Shown one piece after another: positions 9,153 through 17,694 of a DNA stretch of 64,000 nucleotides. This DNA is from Patescibacteria group bacterium. GTDB taxonomy: Bacteria; Patescibacteriota; Minisyncoccia; UBA6257; GWB1-50-10. The notes beneath the pieces are model-generated. The model was not told where the DNA came from. It did not search any database and worked only from the letters and a program-made list of their open reading frames with translations. The stretch spans positions 171,010 through 235,009 of the forward strand of contig JANBVK010000001.1 in the NCBI GenBank assembly GCA_024239035.1, read 5' to 3'. Position 1 is the stretch's first letter. Each line of letters opens with the position of its first letter. The translations under genes and the position numbers were made by a program.

Positions 9153-10628
9153 TTAGAAACCTCTCAAAAATTGCACAAGAAGCGCTACCGGTGCACCGGC
9201 TGCACCTTTTGCCAAATAATCACCTTCAATTGCAGTCATCCGCGGCGCAATATCAAGATGAACCCAATTATGACCTTTGATAAACTGCCAGAGAAATGCC
9301 GCACTCGTACTAACGCCTCCGGTGCGATTCTTGCCGGTTGTAGTATTTGCTACATCCCCGAACGTCCCTTTTATGTCCTCCTCATACTCTTCCCAAAGCG
9401 GCATAGGCCAGACAAAATCACCGGTGACCTCTCCGGCTATCCGCAATTTCTCACTCACCCTATCGTCGGTAGCAAAGAGAGCCGACGCGCGCTGGCCAAG
9501 AGCAACTACCGCTGAGCCTGTAAGCGTCGCAACGTCAATAACAAGCCGCGGCTTGTACCGCTTCGCATACTCCAGCGCATCGGCAAGTATCACCCTCCCC
9601 TCGGCATCGGTGTTTAAAACTTCAATTGTCTTGCCGGACATGGTGCGGAGAACGTCACCCGGGCGATAACTTGAGCCCGAAGGCATATTCTCGACCGCCG
9701 GGACAAGACCAATAATGTTTCTCTTTGACTTAAGCTTCGCAAGTGCAGCGAGCGTATGAATCACCGCCGCTCCACCCGACATATCCATATGCATCTCATA
9801 AATTCCCTCAGTCGGCTTCAAGTTCAACCCGCCGGTGTCAAACGTCACTCCCTTACCCACTAAAACCACGGGTTTCTCACTGCGCCTGCCTTTTAGGTAC
9901 TCCATAACGATAAAGCGAGGACGCTCGTCTGACCCGCGCGACACACCGAGCACACCCCCCATTTTCAGTTTGCGGATCGCCCTCTCATCTAAAACTTTTA
10001 CTTTAAACCCTGCACTGCGGCCGGCCCGCCGCGCGGCATCAGCAAGTTTTGATGGAGTCATATCCCCACCGGGAGTATTTGAGAGAATTCTTGTGTGATT
10101 AATCTCTTCTCCTACAACTTTCCCGCGTCTAAGTGCTGCTTTAATCTTCACGCTCCTCCCGGATGAAATAATTTGGACCGCATTTACAAAAAACCAACCC
10201 TCTTTCGGTTTAGTCTTATACTTAACAAACTCAAAATTAGCGATCTCAATCTGTGTCGCAAGCATCTCAGCCACGGACTCACGTAAAATACCCGATTCTT
10301 TAACCAGAAAATCATCTAAATACAGGGCAAGATTACCAATCTTCTCGCGCCGGGCGAGTGTCACCACCTGCCGCATTGTACGCAGCGCCCTTCGGTGATT
10401 AAATCCTTCTGGGACGCTAATCACTAAAACCCGCCTCCCGCGGGACAACAAAAGCACATGACTCTCATTCCCTTCCTGCTTAGCGTTACTTTTAAGAAAG
10501 CGTAGGTTCACTTGGTCCTCTTTTGAGAGCGTTTTAAAAAACGGATGCAATTCAATTTTTTGCTTATCTCTTAAAACAAAAACAGGAGCGGTCTGCCGTG
10601 AAAATTCTTTGGTGTGTATTATTTTCAT
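9153..10628 (-). CDS. pepA: Leucyl aminopeptidase, M17 family
   Basis: 491 aa carrying the M17 signature NTDAEGRVILADALEYA plus VGKGVTFDTGG and the surrounding LAP catalytic-domain conservation. The gene is visibly more GC-rich than the flanking paralogs. Confidence 0.9.
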   Translation of the reverse strand: MKIIHTKEFSRQTAPVFVLRDKQKIELHPFFKTLSKEDQVNLRFLKSNAKQEGNESHVLLLSRGRRVLVISVPEGFNHRRALRTMRQVVTLARREKIGNLALYLDDFLVKESGILRESVAEMLATQIEIANFEFVKYKTKPKEGWFFVNAVQIISSGRSVKIKAALRRGKVVGEEINHTRILSNTPGGDMTPSKLADAARRAGRSAGFKVKVLDERAIRKLKMGGVLGVSRGSDERPRFIVMEYLKGRRSEKPVVLVGKGVTFDTGGLNLKPTEGIYEMHMDMSGGAAVIHTLAALAKLKSKRNIIGLVPAVENMPSGSSYRPGDVLRTMSGKTIEVLNTDAEGRVILADALEYAKRYKPRLVIDVATLTGSAVVALGQRASALFATDDRVSEKLRIAGEVTGDFVWPMPLWEEYEEDIKGTFGDVANTTTGKNRTGGVSTSAAFLWQFIKGHNWVHLDIAPRMTAIEGDYLAKGAAGAPVALLVQFLRGF

Positions 10629-10633
10629 AAATC

Positions 10634-12328
10634 TTAGATAACTTCAGCTTGATAACACTTCTTGCATAATATGTATTCTACTTCCTCTTTAGGGTAATTG
10701 GTCTCAAACTCACTGCCGCACTTGGAGCACACTCGTTTAAAGACTCTTAAATTCTTCACCCATTGCTTGAACTTTTCATCAATGCGGCAGAAGGGACATT
10801 CTCTGGGCAGCGGCAGGTTCATCTTCCGTAAAAATTCAAGCTCCATCTGAATAATCTTAAATCCTTTACCGCACTTTTTGCAACTAATCACCTCTTTCAA
10901 AATATCATCGGGGGTATCCCGGATATGATCAGGTAGCTTGTCATGAGTTATTGTTATCACATACTGCCTCGACTCCAGTTCTCTCCATCGGTAACCTTCT
11001 TTCTCCGTCTGTTCACGAGAAAGTGGGAAAAAGTCATTCGCAACTGTCTCATTGTACGCAAATGGACTAAACTCAATAGGAAAAAACTCACCGTATTTAT
11101 AAACTCTTCCTTTCTTATCTGTGTATGGCATCTCTTCCATGTGCGCTACAATCCTTTCTCTTAACTTTTCAAATTCCTCCTTGGAGTATCGCTTGTTTAA
11201 AATGCAGTAATCACCTTTATTTATCGACACACAACCAAAATGATTTGATCCTGCAAGAGAAAGTTTAGAATATTCAGTGTCGTACAAACCAAGGCCCGCC
11301 TCTTGAGAAAATCTTACATTTGAAGCGTCTTCCCCAACCACACAGCATTCATATGCGAGGGTAAGATTATGTCCCCAGCTTGAAATATCGTAACAGTCTT
11401 TCATCGGCGGCTCTGTGATAGAAATAAATTTACAATCTTCGGCGCCAACTACTTCAAAGCACTCTTTACAGTTTTTTGATTGAAAAACATGGCTGCCGGT
11501 AGAGTTAATCGCAAACTCGTCCATTGTTGGTTTTGGCGGAAACATTTTCCAATGCTCCTCGGCGCGTTTCTGTAACTCTTTATATGTTTTGTAAGAACCC
11601 AAGTCCCACTTTCCGATCTCCTTGAAATACTCTTCTTTGGTATACGGTTTATTGAAAATGTGGTATTTCCTGCCTCGCAGGTTAGCTGATGCAAAACAGT
11701 TCTGGCAATTCATAGAATCTTTCAAGAACACGCAGTCAAGCGACTCTGTTACCTGGCTTCTCGTTCCAACACATCGGTTATTCTTATACGAATGCATCGA
11801 ATCATAACATAGCTCAGACGAATTAATTAAAGAACAGTCAAGTACTGATCTGTTGTGAGTTACTACCACGCCATAAGCGCAATCCTCATCGACATCAGCA
11901 TGAAAAAGAAGATAGCAGTTTTTAAGATGGCCGGCATGGTTGTTGTGGGGTGAGGTTGCAAGAGTCTCCAAACCAAGCGAGAGCCCCAGCATTGGCACTT
12001 CGTGCCAGAGTTCATTGAATTGTTCAAAAAACGGCCGCGAGAAATCATAATCACGCCCATATTCAAATGCGTCCCAATTATCCGACCACCAACAACGAGG
12101 ACAATACACGCGGTACGGGCTCTCTGGCGCATACATCGAAATCACATCTTTCCTACAAAGATCACAAGGGCGCTTATAAAGATTAATTAAATTAAAAAAC
12201 GCAAGCCGCCGTTGCAGACGGCATTTTGGACAAAACGTCGGCGCCGGAACGTTAATCTTTTGGTAAAAACTCTGGTCTTCGGTTGTGACCTCAAACTGTG
12301 TTTTACAATTTTGGCATTGTTTGGTCAT
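10634..12328 (-). CDS. Cys-rich multi-zinc-ribbon paralog (copy 7)
   Basis: 564-aa ORF beginning MTKQCQNCKTQFEVTTEDQSFYQKINVPAPTFCPKCR, with the family core and C-terminus. Confidence 0.8.
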   Translation of the reverse strand: MTKQCQNCKTQFEVTTEDQSFYQKINVPAPTFCPKCRLQRRLAFFNLINLYKRPCDLCRKDVISMYAPESPYRVYCPRCWWSDNWDAFEYGRDYDFSRPFFEQFNELWHEVPMLGLSLGLETLATSPHNNHAGHLKNCYLLFHADVDEDCAYGVVVTHNRSVLDCSLINSSELCYDSMHSYKNNRCVGTRSQVTESLDCVFLKDSMNCQNCFASANLRGRKYHIFNKPYTKEEYFKEIGKWDLGSYKTYKELQKRAEEHWKMFPPKPTMDEFAINSTGSHVFQSKNCKECFEVVGAEDCKFISITEPPMKDCYDISSWGHNLTLAYECCVVGEDASNVRFSQEAGLGLYDTEYSKLSLAGSNHFGCVSINKGDYCILNKRYSKEEFEKLRERIVAHMEEMPYTDKKGRVYKYGEFFPIEFSPFAYNETVANDFFPLSREQTEKEGYRWRELESRQYVITITHDKLPDHIRDTPDDILKEVISCKKCGKGFKIIQMELEFLRKMNLPLPRECPFCRIDEKFKQWVKNLRVFKRVCSKCGSEFETNYPKEEVEYILCKKCYQAEVI

Positions 12329-12447
12329 ACGATTTTTTTGCTGTGCCCGTCCGTAGCCTTGGGCGAAGGAGGGTAAAAATCAAAATCCTCCGGTTCGATC
12401 TGAAAAACTGATTTACAATTCTGACAATTTCTAGTTTCGCTATTCAT
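12325..12447 (-). pseudogene. Orphan N-terminal fragment of the paralog family (40 codons), out of frame with copy 7; its stop overlaps the copy 7 ATG
   Basis: Reverse-complement translation from the ATG at 12447 gives MNSETRNCQNCKSVFQIEPEDFDFYPPSPKATDGHSKKIV*. The first 25 aa match the family N-terminal zinc ribbon and the remainder is junk. It is below the ORF-track length cutoff. Confidence 0.45.
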
Positions 12448-12474
12448 AGTCTTAGTCTGAGGTGGTATGACATG

Positions 12475-14244
12475 TTATACCACCTCCGTGTTATAGCAGG
12501 TCTCACAATACACAATCTCCTTCCTCTCCGGTGCGTATGATGTCTCAAACTCATTGGGACACCTGCCCTCTGGGTGATGAGAATGTTTTGTGGTGTTTTT
12601 ATATCTTGTAGCTTGCCCTGAGCCTGTCGAAGGGTCACAAAGGCACTGGCGGTGCCATAACCTATTCGGTCCGCGTGCATTGAATCGCCGCGCGTGCCGG
12701 CAATCGGGACAAAGACGGGGCAAAGGAATGTGCAGATTTCGGTAGAACGAAAACTCGTTTGATATAATCTTATAGTTTTTCTTGCAGTTAAGACAGACAA
12801 AAATCTCGCGCTTCACGTCCAGGTCGTGAACATCGTAAATAGAGTCAGGAACTTTATCCCACGAAATGGTTTCTTTACCAAAAGTACCTCTAGGATAATC
12901 TTCCCATTTGAATCCTTGCTTCAACGCTTCTTCTTTCAATAAAGGGAATTGTTCCTGAACGCATGCCTCATTGTATCCAAAAGTACTAAGCGGCGGCGGG
13001 AAAAATTCTCCATAAACGCCCTCTTTTTTCATATCTTCTATAATGGTTGTCTTTAGTTTCTCGAAAGTCCCTTTGTCATATTCTTTATTTAAAATGCAGT
13101 ACTGCCTCTTCCGCAAACCCGCTGAACCAAAGCAGTGCTGAGAATCATAACAGTACATGCAATATGTTAAAAAGCTGTTTCCCCAACATAAGCTGCAACA
13201 AATACATTGAGAGCTATTGAGTCCGGTATTTGTGGAATTATAGACCAATTCCGCTCCCCGACCAGCGGTGTCACAATCAACACAATCTTTGGCGTTTCGC
13301 CACACATGCACGCTGTATGCGCAATCTTCGGCGTCGTATGCGTGAAAACAGGAACGACAGTTTTTTACATTCTTGATATAATTTCCCGTTGTATTAGTTG
13401 CATTCACGATTTCAGCAAATTTTTGAGGTTGCGTAGCTGCAAATTTTTGAAATTCCTTGCGAAGTTTCTCCACACCGCTATACGTATCTAACTTTGCTGA
13501 TTCCAAAAATTCCCCGTATTCTTTCTTTGAAAGCGGTTTATTAAAAACATGATATTGCTTATTGCGAAGGTTTACGCACCCTATACAATTTGATGAACCA
13601 CGACAATCAAGGAGAAAATAACTCTCGTTTGAATCATGACAACCCTTGCTGTAGAAAAGTTTGTACGAATTATAACAATCGTCGGACTCATAAGAGAGCT
13701 CAGTTTGGTGAGCAAATGAAACGTCAACGCAACTTTTACAGACTTGTATCCAATAACAGTGGGTGCAGTCTTCGTTGTTGGAAGATTCAACAATCATGTA
13801 GCAATTCTTGTTATCCGCAGAGATATTAATGTATTCCGAATTAACGCTTCGCACATGAATGAGGGCTACTTTAGGAACGACTTTCCACAATTCATGAAAC
13901 TGCTCAAAAAAGGGCTTTCCTGAAATATAATTGCGCCCATAATCTCTTGGGTCCCAATCGTCCGAGAACCAGCAGTCATGACACCACACGGTGTATGGCT
14001 TGTTAGGATTATACATTGAGACAATATCTTTCTTACAACGATCACATGGACGTTTATAAAACACTCTCTCGTTCCGGAACGCTAAGCGCCTCTGCGCACG
14101 GCACAAGGGGCACATCTGCGGTACTAGAGTCCCTATTTTCTTATAAAACGAAAGATCATCCGGTTGGATGATGAATTGACTTCTACAGTTTTGGCAGGCC
14201 TGCGCTGAGCTTTGTCGAAGTATTTTATTTTCCGCCTTTTTCAT
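12475..14244 (-). CDS. Cys-rich multi-zinc-ribbon paralog (copy 8) with the C-terminal 36-nt insertion
   Basis: 589-aa ORF beginning MKKAENKILRQSSAQACQNC. The C-terminus carries CDPSTGSGQATRYKNTTKH...NEFETSYAPERKEIVYCETCY. Confidence 0.8.
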   Translation of the reverse strand: MKKAENKILRQSSAQACQNCRSQFIIQPDDLSFYKKIGTLVPQMCPLCRAQRRLAFRNERVFYKRPCDRCKKDIVSMYNPNKPYTVWCHDCWFSDDWDPRDYGRNYISGKPFFEQFHELWKVVPKVALIHVRSVNSEYINISADNKNCYMIVESSNNEDCTHCYWIQVCKSCVDVSFAHQTELSYESDDCYNSYKLFYSKGCHDSNESYFLLDCRGSSNCIGCVNLRNKQYHVFNKPLSKKEYGEFLESAKLDTYSGVEKLRKEFQKFAATQPQKFAEIVNATNTTGNYIKNVKNCRSCFHAYDAEDCAYSVHVWRNAKDCVDCDTAGRGAELVYNSTNTGLNSSQCICCSLCWGNSFLTYCMYCYDSQHCFGSAGLRKRQYCILNKEYDKGTFEKLKTTIIEDMKKEGVYGEFFPPPLSTFGYNEACVQEQFPLLKEEALKQGFKWEDYPRGTFGKETISWDKVPDSIYDVHDLDVKREIFVCLNCKKNYKIISNEFSFYRNLHIPLPRLCPDCRHARRFNARGPNRLWHRQCLCDPSTGSGQATRYKNTTKHSHHPEGRCPNEFETSYAPERKEIVYCETCYNTEVV

Positions 14245-14248
14245 AAAC

Positions 14249-15901
14249 TTATGATATCTGAGTTTGATAACAGTCTGTACACATAACTTTCCGGTAACCC
14301 CACTTCCGAGGATAGAAGTGATTAACTTTCCTGGAACAAAAGATGCACGATCCCCGGTAAGACTTTAACACAGTGAGCGGCTTGAACCGTTCACGTGTTC
14401 GCCAGTCAGGATGATGACGTGGAAGAGGAATTCCGTGCTCCTTATAAAAAGCGAGTTCGTGGCGAGCTATATTAAAGCGCCAGCCGGTTTCAGGACAGAT
14501 AATTGCCTGCGCAGTTATATCATCTCCTACGTTATCAATTCTATCCGGCAGGTCATCCCCGCTTATTCCCTCATAAGCTGTTTCCCGAACATCATCCCAT
14601 CGCCCTCCAATTTTCTCAATATCCTCTTTAGTTTTAGGGAAATACCATTGGGCAAGAGTTAAATTATATCCTGAATACGCAAACGAATATGGAAGAAACA
14701 ATCCCCATTCACCTCTCTGCTTCATCTGTTCTTTAATTTTTGATGTGAGTTTTGCATACTCATCTTCGGTATACTGCTTGTTTAAAATACAATGCTTTTT
14801 CTTTCTTAATCCCACACAGCCAAAACAGTTCTCACAATCCTCACAATAATCTAAATATGCCGAGTGGCGACAATTCGAGCACCACACGTTTACAATTGCA
14901 TCATAATAGGTAATCCCTATACTCATCGCACTCTTTTCTGCCCTGCCAATACCGACAGAATCAATCACATCCTTGTTTTCTAATCCCCTGAATACATATC
15001 TGCAATTCTCTGATTTTTCTAAAAAGTAACACGAGAAACAATCTTTACACTCATTGATAAAGTTTCCGATGGAATTAGTAACTTTAACGTTAAAATTTTC
15101 TCTATGTACGGCCTCTCTCGCCGTAATATCGCTGAACTCTTTCTTGAGTTCTTGAACCTTCTTATATGAATGAGTGTCAAACTTCTTAAGTTCTTCAAAA
15201 TATTTCTCCTTGGAATACGGTTTGTTGAGAATATGATATTGCTTATTTCTCAAATTCCAGCACATAAAACAGTTCTGGACATTGCGACAGTCATAAAGGA
15301 ACATACTCTCCATACAATTTCTAGCATCAAAGGCGTATTTCACCCTGTAGCACTTAAAACAGTAGAGACAATCATAAGACAACTCTGAGTCGAAACAGTA
15401 GGCAAGATCAATTGAATTTTTGCACCCAAAAGCGCGATAGCTATAGCTCAAATATTCACTGCCTATCATTGCTCGACACAAATAGCAGTCCCTACATTCC
15501 CATATGTCGTCACACCAATCACAATTTACGTTCTTTACCCCCTGCTGATGGGGGTGTGGAACACTGGAACGCAACTCCCCAAATTGTTCAAGGAAAGAAC
15601 GTGAAAAATCATATTCTTTTCCATAATCCGTCGGATCCCAGGCATCAGACACCCATTCATTCCGGGCATAAATAGGAAATCCAGCACTCTCCGGTAGTAC
15701 CGTAATTATTGTCTTCCCGCTCAAATCAGACTTTGTTTTTCGAAACTTTCCGAATGTCCAGAAAGCTAACTGATGTCTCCAGCGACACCTCCGGCACTCC
15801 TTTGAGGGAGGAGTGCCTATTTTCTTATACAGGTTAAAATCCTCCGGTCTGATAGTGAACCGCCGCTCACAACTTTTACAAGTTTTAATCTCAGCTATCA
15901 T
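14249..15901 (-). CDS. Cys-rich multi-zinc-ribbon paralog (copy 9, divergent)
   Basis: 550-aa ORF beginning MIAEIKTCKSCERRFTIRPEDFNLYKKIGTPPSKECRRCR. It has the conserved NCFMCWNLRNKQYHILNKPYSKEKY and CFGCVGLRKKKHCILNKQYTEDEY internal repeats. Its start shares an ATGA overlap with the copy 10 stop. Confidence 0.75.
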   Translation of the reverse strand: MIAEIKTCKSCERRFTIRPEDFNLYKKIGTPPSKECRRCRWRHQLAFWTFGKFRKTKSDLSGKTIITVLPESAGFPIYARNEWVSDAWDPTDYGKEYDFSRSFLEQFGELRSSVPHPHQQGVKNVNCDWCDDIWECRDCYLCRAMIGSEYLSYSYRAFGCKNSIDLAYCFDSELSYDCLYCFKCYRVKYAFDARNCMESMFLYDCRNVQNCFMCWNLRNKQYHILNKPYSKEKYFEELKKFDTHSYKKVQELKKEFSDITAREAVHRENFNVKVTNSIGNFINECKDCFSCYFLEKSENCRYVFRGLENKDVIDSVGIGRAEKSAMSIGITYYDAIVNVWCSNCRHSAYLDYCEDCENCFGCVGLRKKKHCILNKQYTEDEYAKLTSKIKEQMKQRGEWGLFLPYSFAYSGYNLTLAQWYFPKTKEDIEKIGGRWDDVRETAYEGISGDDLPDRIDNVGDDITAQAIICPETGWRFNIARHELAFYKEHGIPLPRHHPDWRTRERFKPLTVLKSYRGSCIFCSRKVNHFYPRKWGYRKVMCTDCYQTQIS

Positions 15902-17694
15902 ATTACTTCACTTTGATAACATTGTTCGCAGTATACAATCTCTCTCCTTTCTGGAGCATAACTTGTCTCAAATTCATTGGGACACCTGCCTTCCAGGTGA
16001 TGATCATGCTTCGTGATATTCTTATATCTTGTAGCTTGCCCTGAGCCTGTCGAAGGGTCGCATACGCACCGGCGATGATACAACTTACTCTTATTTCTCT
16101 GGGCAACCCTCGCATTGTGCCTACAGTCCACACACGTCCGGGGCGCAGAAATCTTTTCTACACGCAGGAAATCAAGTTCCGGTTTAATGAGCCGATACGC
16201 CCTTTTACAATCACTGCACCGAATAATCTCCTTTAAAATACTATCCTGAATATCGTTTATGGAGTCGGGTATATCTTCCGATTTCATCGTAATCTCATAC
16301 TCCCGCGATGACGGTTCCTGCCATTTATATCCTTCTTCCTCTGCCTGTTCTTTCGTCAACGGAAAATGCTCGTTGGCAATGGTTTGATTGTAACCAAAAG
16401 GAGAAAGTTCTATGGGGAAAAACTCACCGTATTTATAGATCCTTCCTTTTTTATCAATATATGGCTTTTCACCCATTTGCTTCTTAATTCTCTCTACCAG
16501 CATTTCATACTCCTCTTTAGAATATTCTTTGTTTAAAATACAATGTTGCTTTTTACGCAAACCAACGCAACCGAATAAATTTGATGCCGAATGACAATAT
16601 ATACAATATTCCATATCCCGAATGTCCGTCCATGACTCGACGCAGAACTTCACGTTAAACGTCCCCATACCGGTAACAGCATTCTCATACCCCAATTGAT
16701 TGTTCTGACCCCAAACCGTCACATCATAGCAGTCTTTATTGGGTGGAAACTGGTAATATTGAACATATTTTAAGTTTTCACCTTCTCTAACTAAGTAACT
16801 TTGGCGGACATTTTTAGAGTTGGTAACGTACTCACCGCTCACGTTAGTGTTTTTAATCCCTTGTAGATACTTATTGGGAAACTTCTTCCAAAACTCACTT
16901 ACACCCCCTTTCACCGCAGTAAGGCCGTTCCACGAATGCAAATTCATCCCCTTAATCTTTCTTTCATATTCCTCCTTGGAATAAGGAGTATTATAAATAT
17001 GATACTTTTTATTGCGGAGGTTAACACACCCAAAACAATCACTGCAACCTTTGCAATTCTTTGAAAACCACACGCCGTGACAGTCCTCGCACTGTGAAGA
17101 AAAGTGCGTTTGATAACAATTCTCCAGCCAGAACGAGTCATAGCAACGCTCACACCTACCGATATGTGAATTGTCAAAACAGTTCTTACAATTATCCACT
17201 CCGTTACCATAGGCACAATCTTCGTCCTTATTTGAGTTAAACATCAAATAGCAGTTTCTCAGATAGCCGGCATTGGCGCAATATTCGCTGTTTACCATAT
17301 TAAGCACTGAAAGATTAAATCTTGGTACCACTTTAGCAAGTTCGAAAAATTGTTCAAAAAAGGTTCGTGAAAAATCGTAATCCCTTCCGTAGGAGGTTGC
17401 ATCCCAATCATCAGCCCACCACTCTTTCTCTTCATATAAAGTAACTTCTGATTCCGGAGGATAGAGAGCTAAAATTTCCTTCCCGGATTTTGCGCTCTTT
17501 GTTCTAAAGAGTTTCCGCTCGTTGCGAGACGCAATCCTTCTCTGAAATCTACACTCCGGACAAAACGTCGGCGGCGGGACGCTGATTTTCTTGTAGAAAT
17601 CAAGGTCCTCCGGTTCGATGGTGAACTCTGTTTTACAGTTCTGGCAGGTCGAAGACACTGAGTCTTGTCGAAGTGTTTTGGTTTCAGTATTCAT
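15898..17694 (-). CDS. Cys-rich multi-zinc-ribbon paralog (copy 10) with the C-terminal 36-nt insertion
   Basis: The likely start is MNTETKTLRQDSVSSTCQNC at 17694, in an ATGA overlap with the copy 11 stop. The C-terminus carries CDPSTGSGQATRYKNITKH. Confidence 0.75.
   Translation of the reverse strand: MNTETKTLRQDSVSSTCQNCKTEFTIEPEDLDFYKKISVPPPTFCPECRFQRRIASRNERKLFRTKSAKSGKEILALYPPESEVTLYEEKEWWADDWDATSYGRDYDFSRTFFEQFFELAKVVPRFNLSVLNMVNSEYCANAGYLRNCYLMFNSNKDEDCAYGNGVDNCKNCFDNSHIGRCERCYDSFWLENCYQTHFSSQCEDCHGVWFSKNCKGCSDCFGCVNLRNKKYHIYNTPYSKEEYERKIKGMNLHSWNGLTAVKGGVSEFWKKFPNKYLQGIKNTNVSGEYVTNSKNVRQSYLVREGENLKYVQYYQFPPNKDCYDVTVWGQNNQLGYENAVTGMGTFNVKFCVESWTDIRDMEYCIYCHSASNLFGCVGLRKKQHCILNKEYSKEEYEMLVERIKKQMGEKPYIDKKGRIYKYGEFFPIELSPFGYNQTIANEHFPLTKEQAEEEGYKWQEPSSREYEITMKSEDIPDSINDIQDSILKEIIRCSDCKRAYRLIKPELDFLRVEKISAPRTCVDCRHNARVAQRNKSKLYHRRCVCDPSTGSGQATRYKNITKHDHHLEGRCPNEFETSYAPERREIVYCEQCYQSEVI

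Noticed and set aside
9277-9669. 130-aa and 114-aa plus-strand ORFs inside pepA, and others of similar kind (36789..37406 inside uvrB, 45098..45532 inside rpoB, 57139..57450).
   Set aside because: They lie antisense within confidently assigned conserved genes. Their Ala/Arg/Pro-rich translations reflect GC-rich antisense frames.
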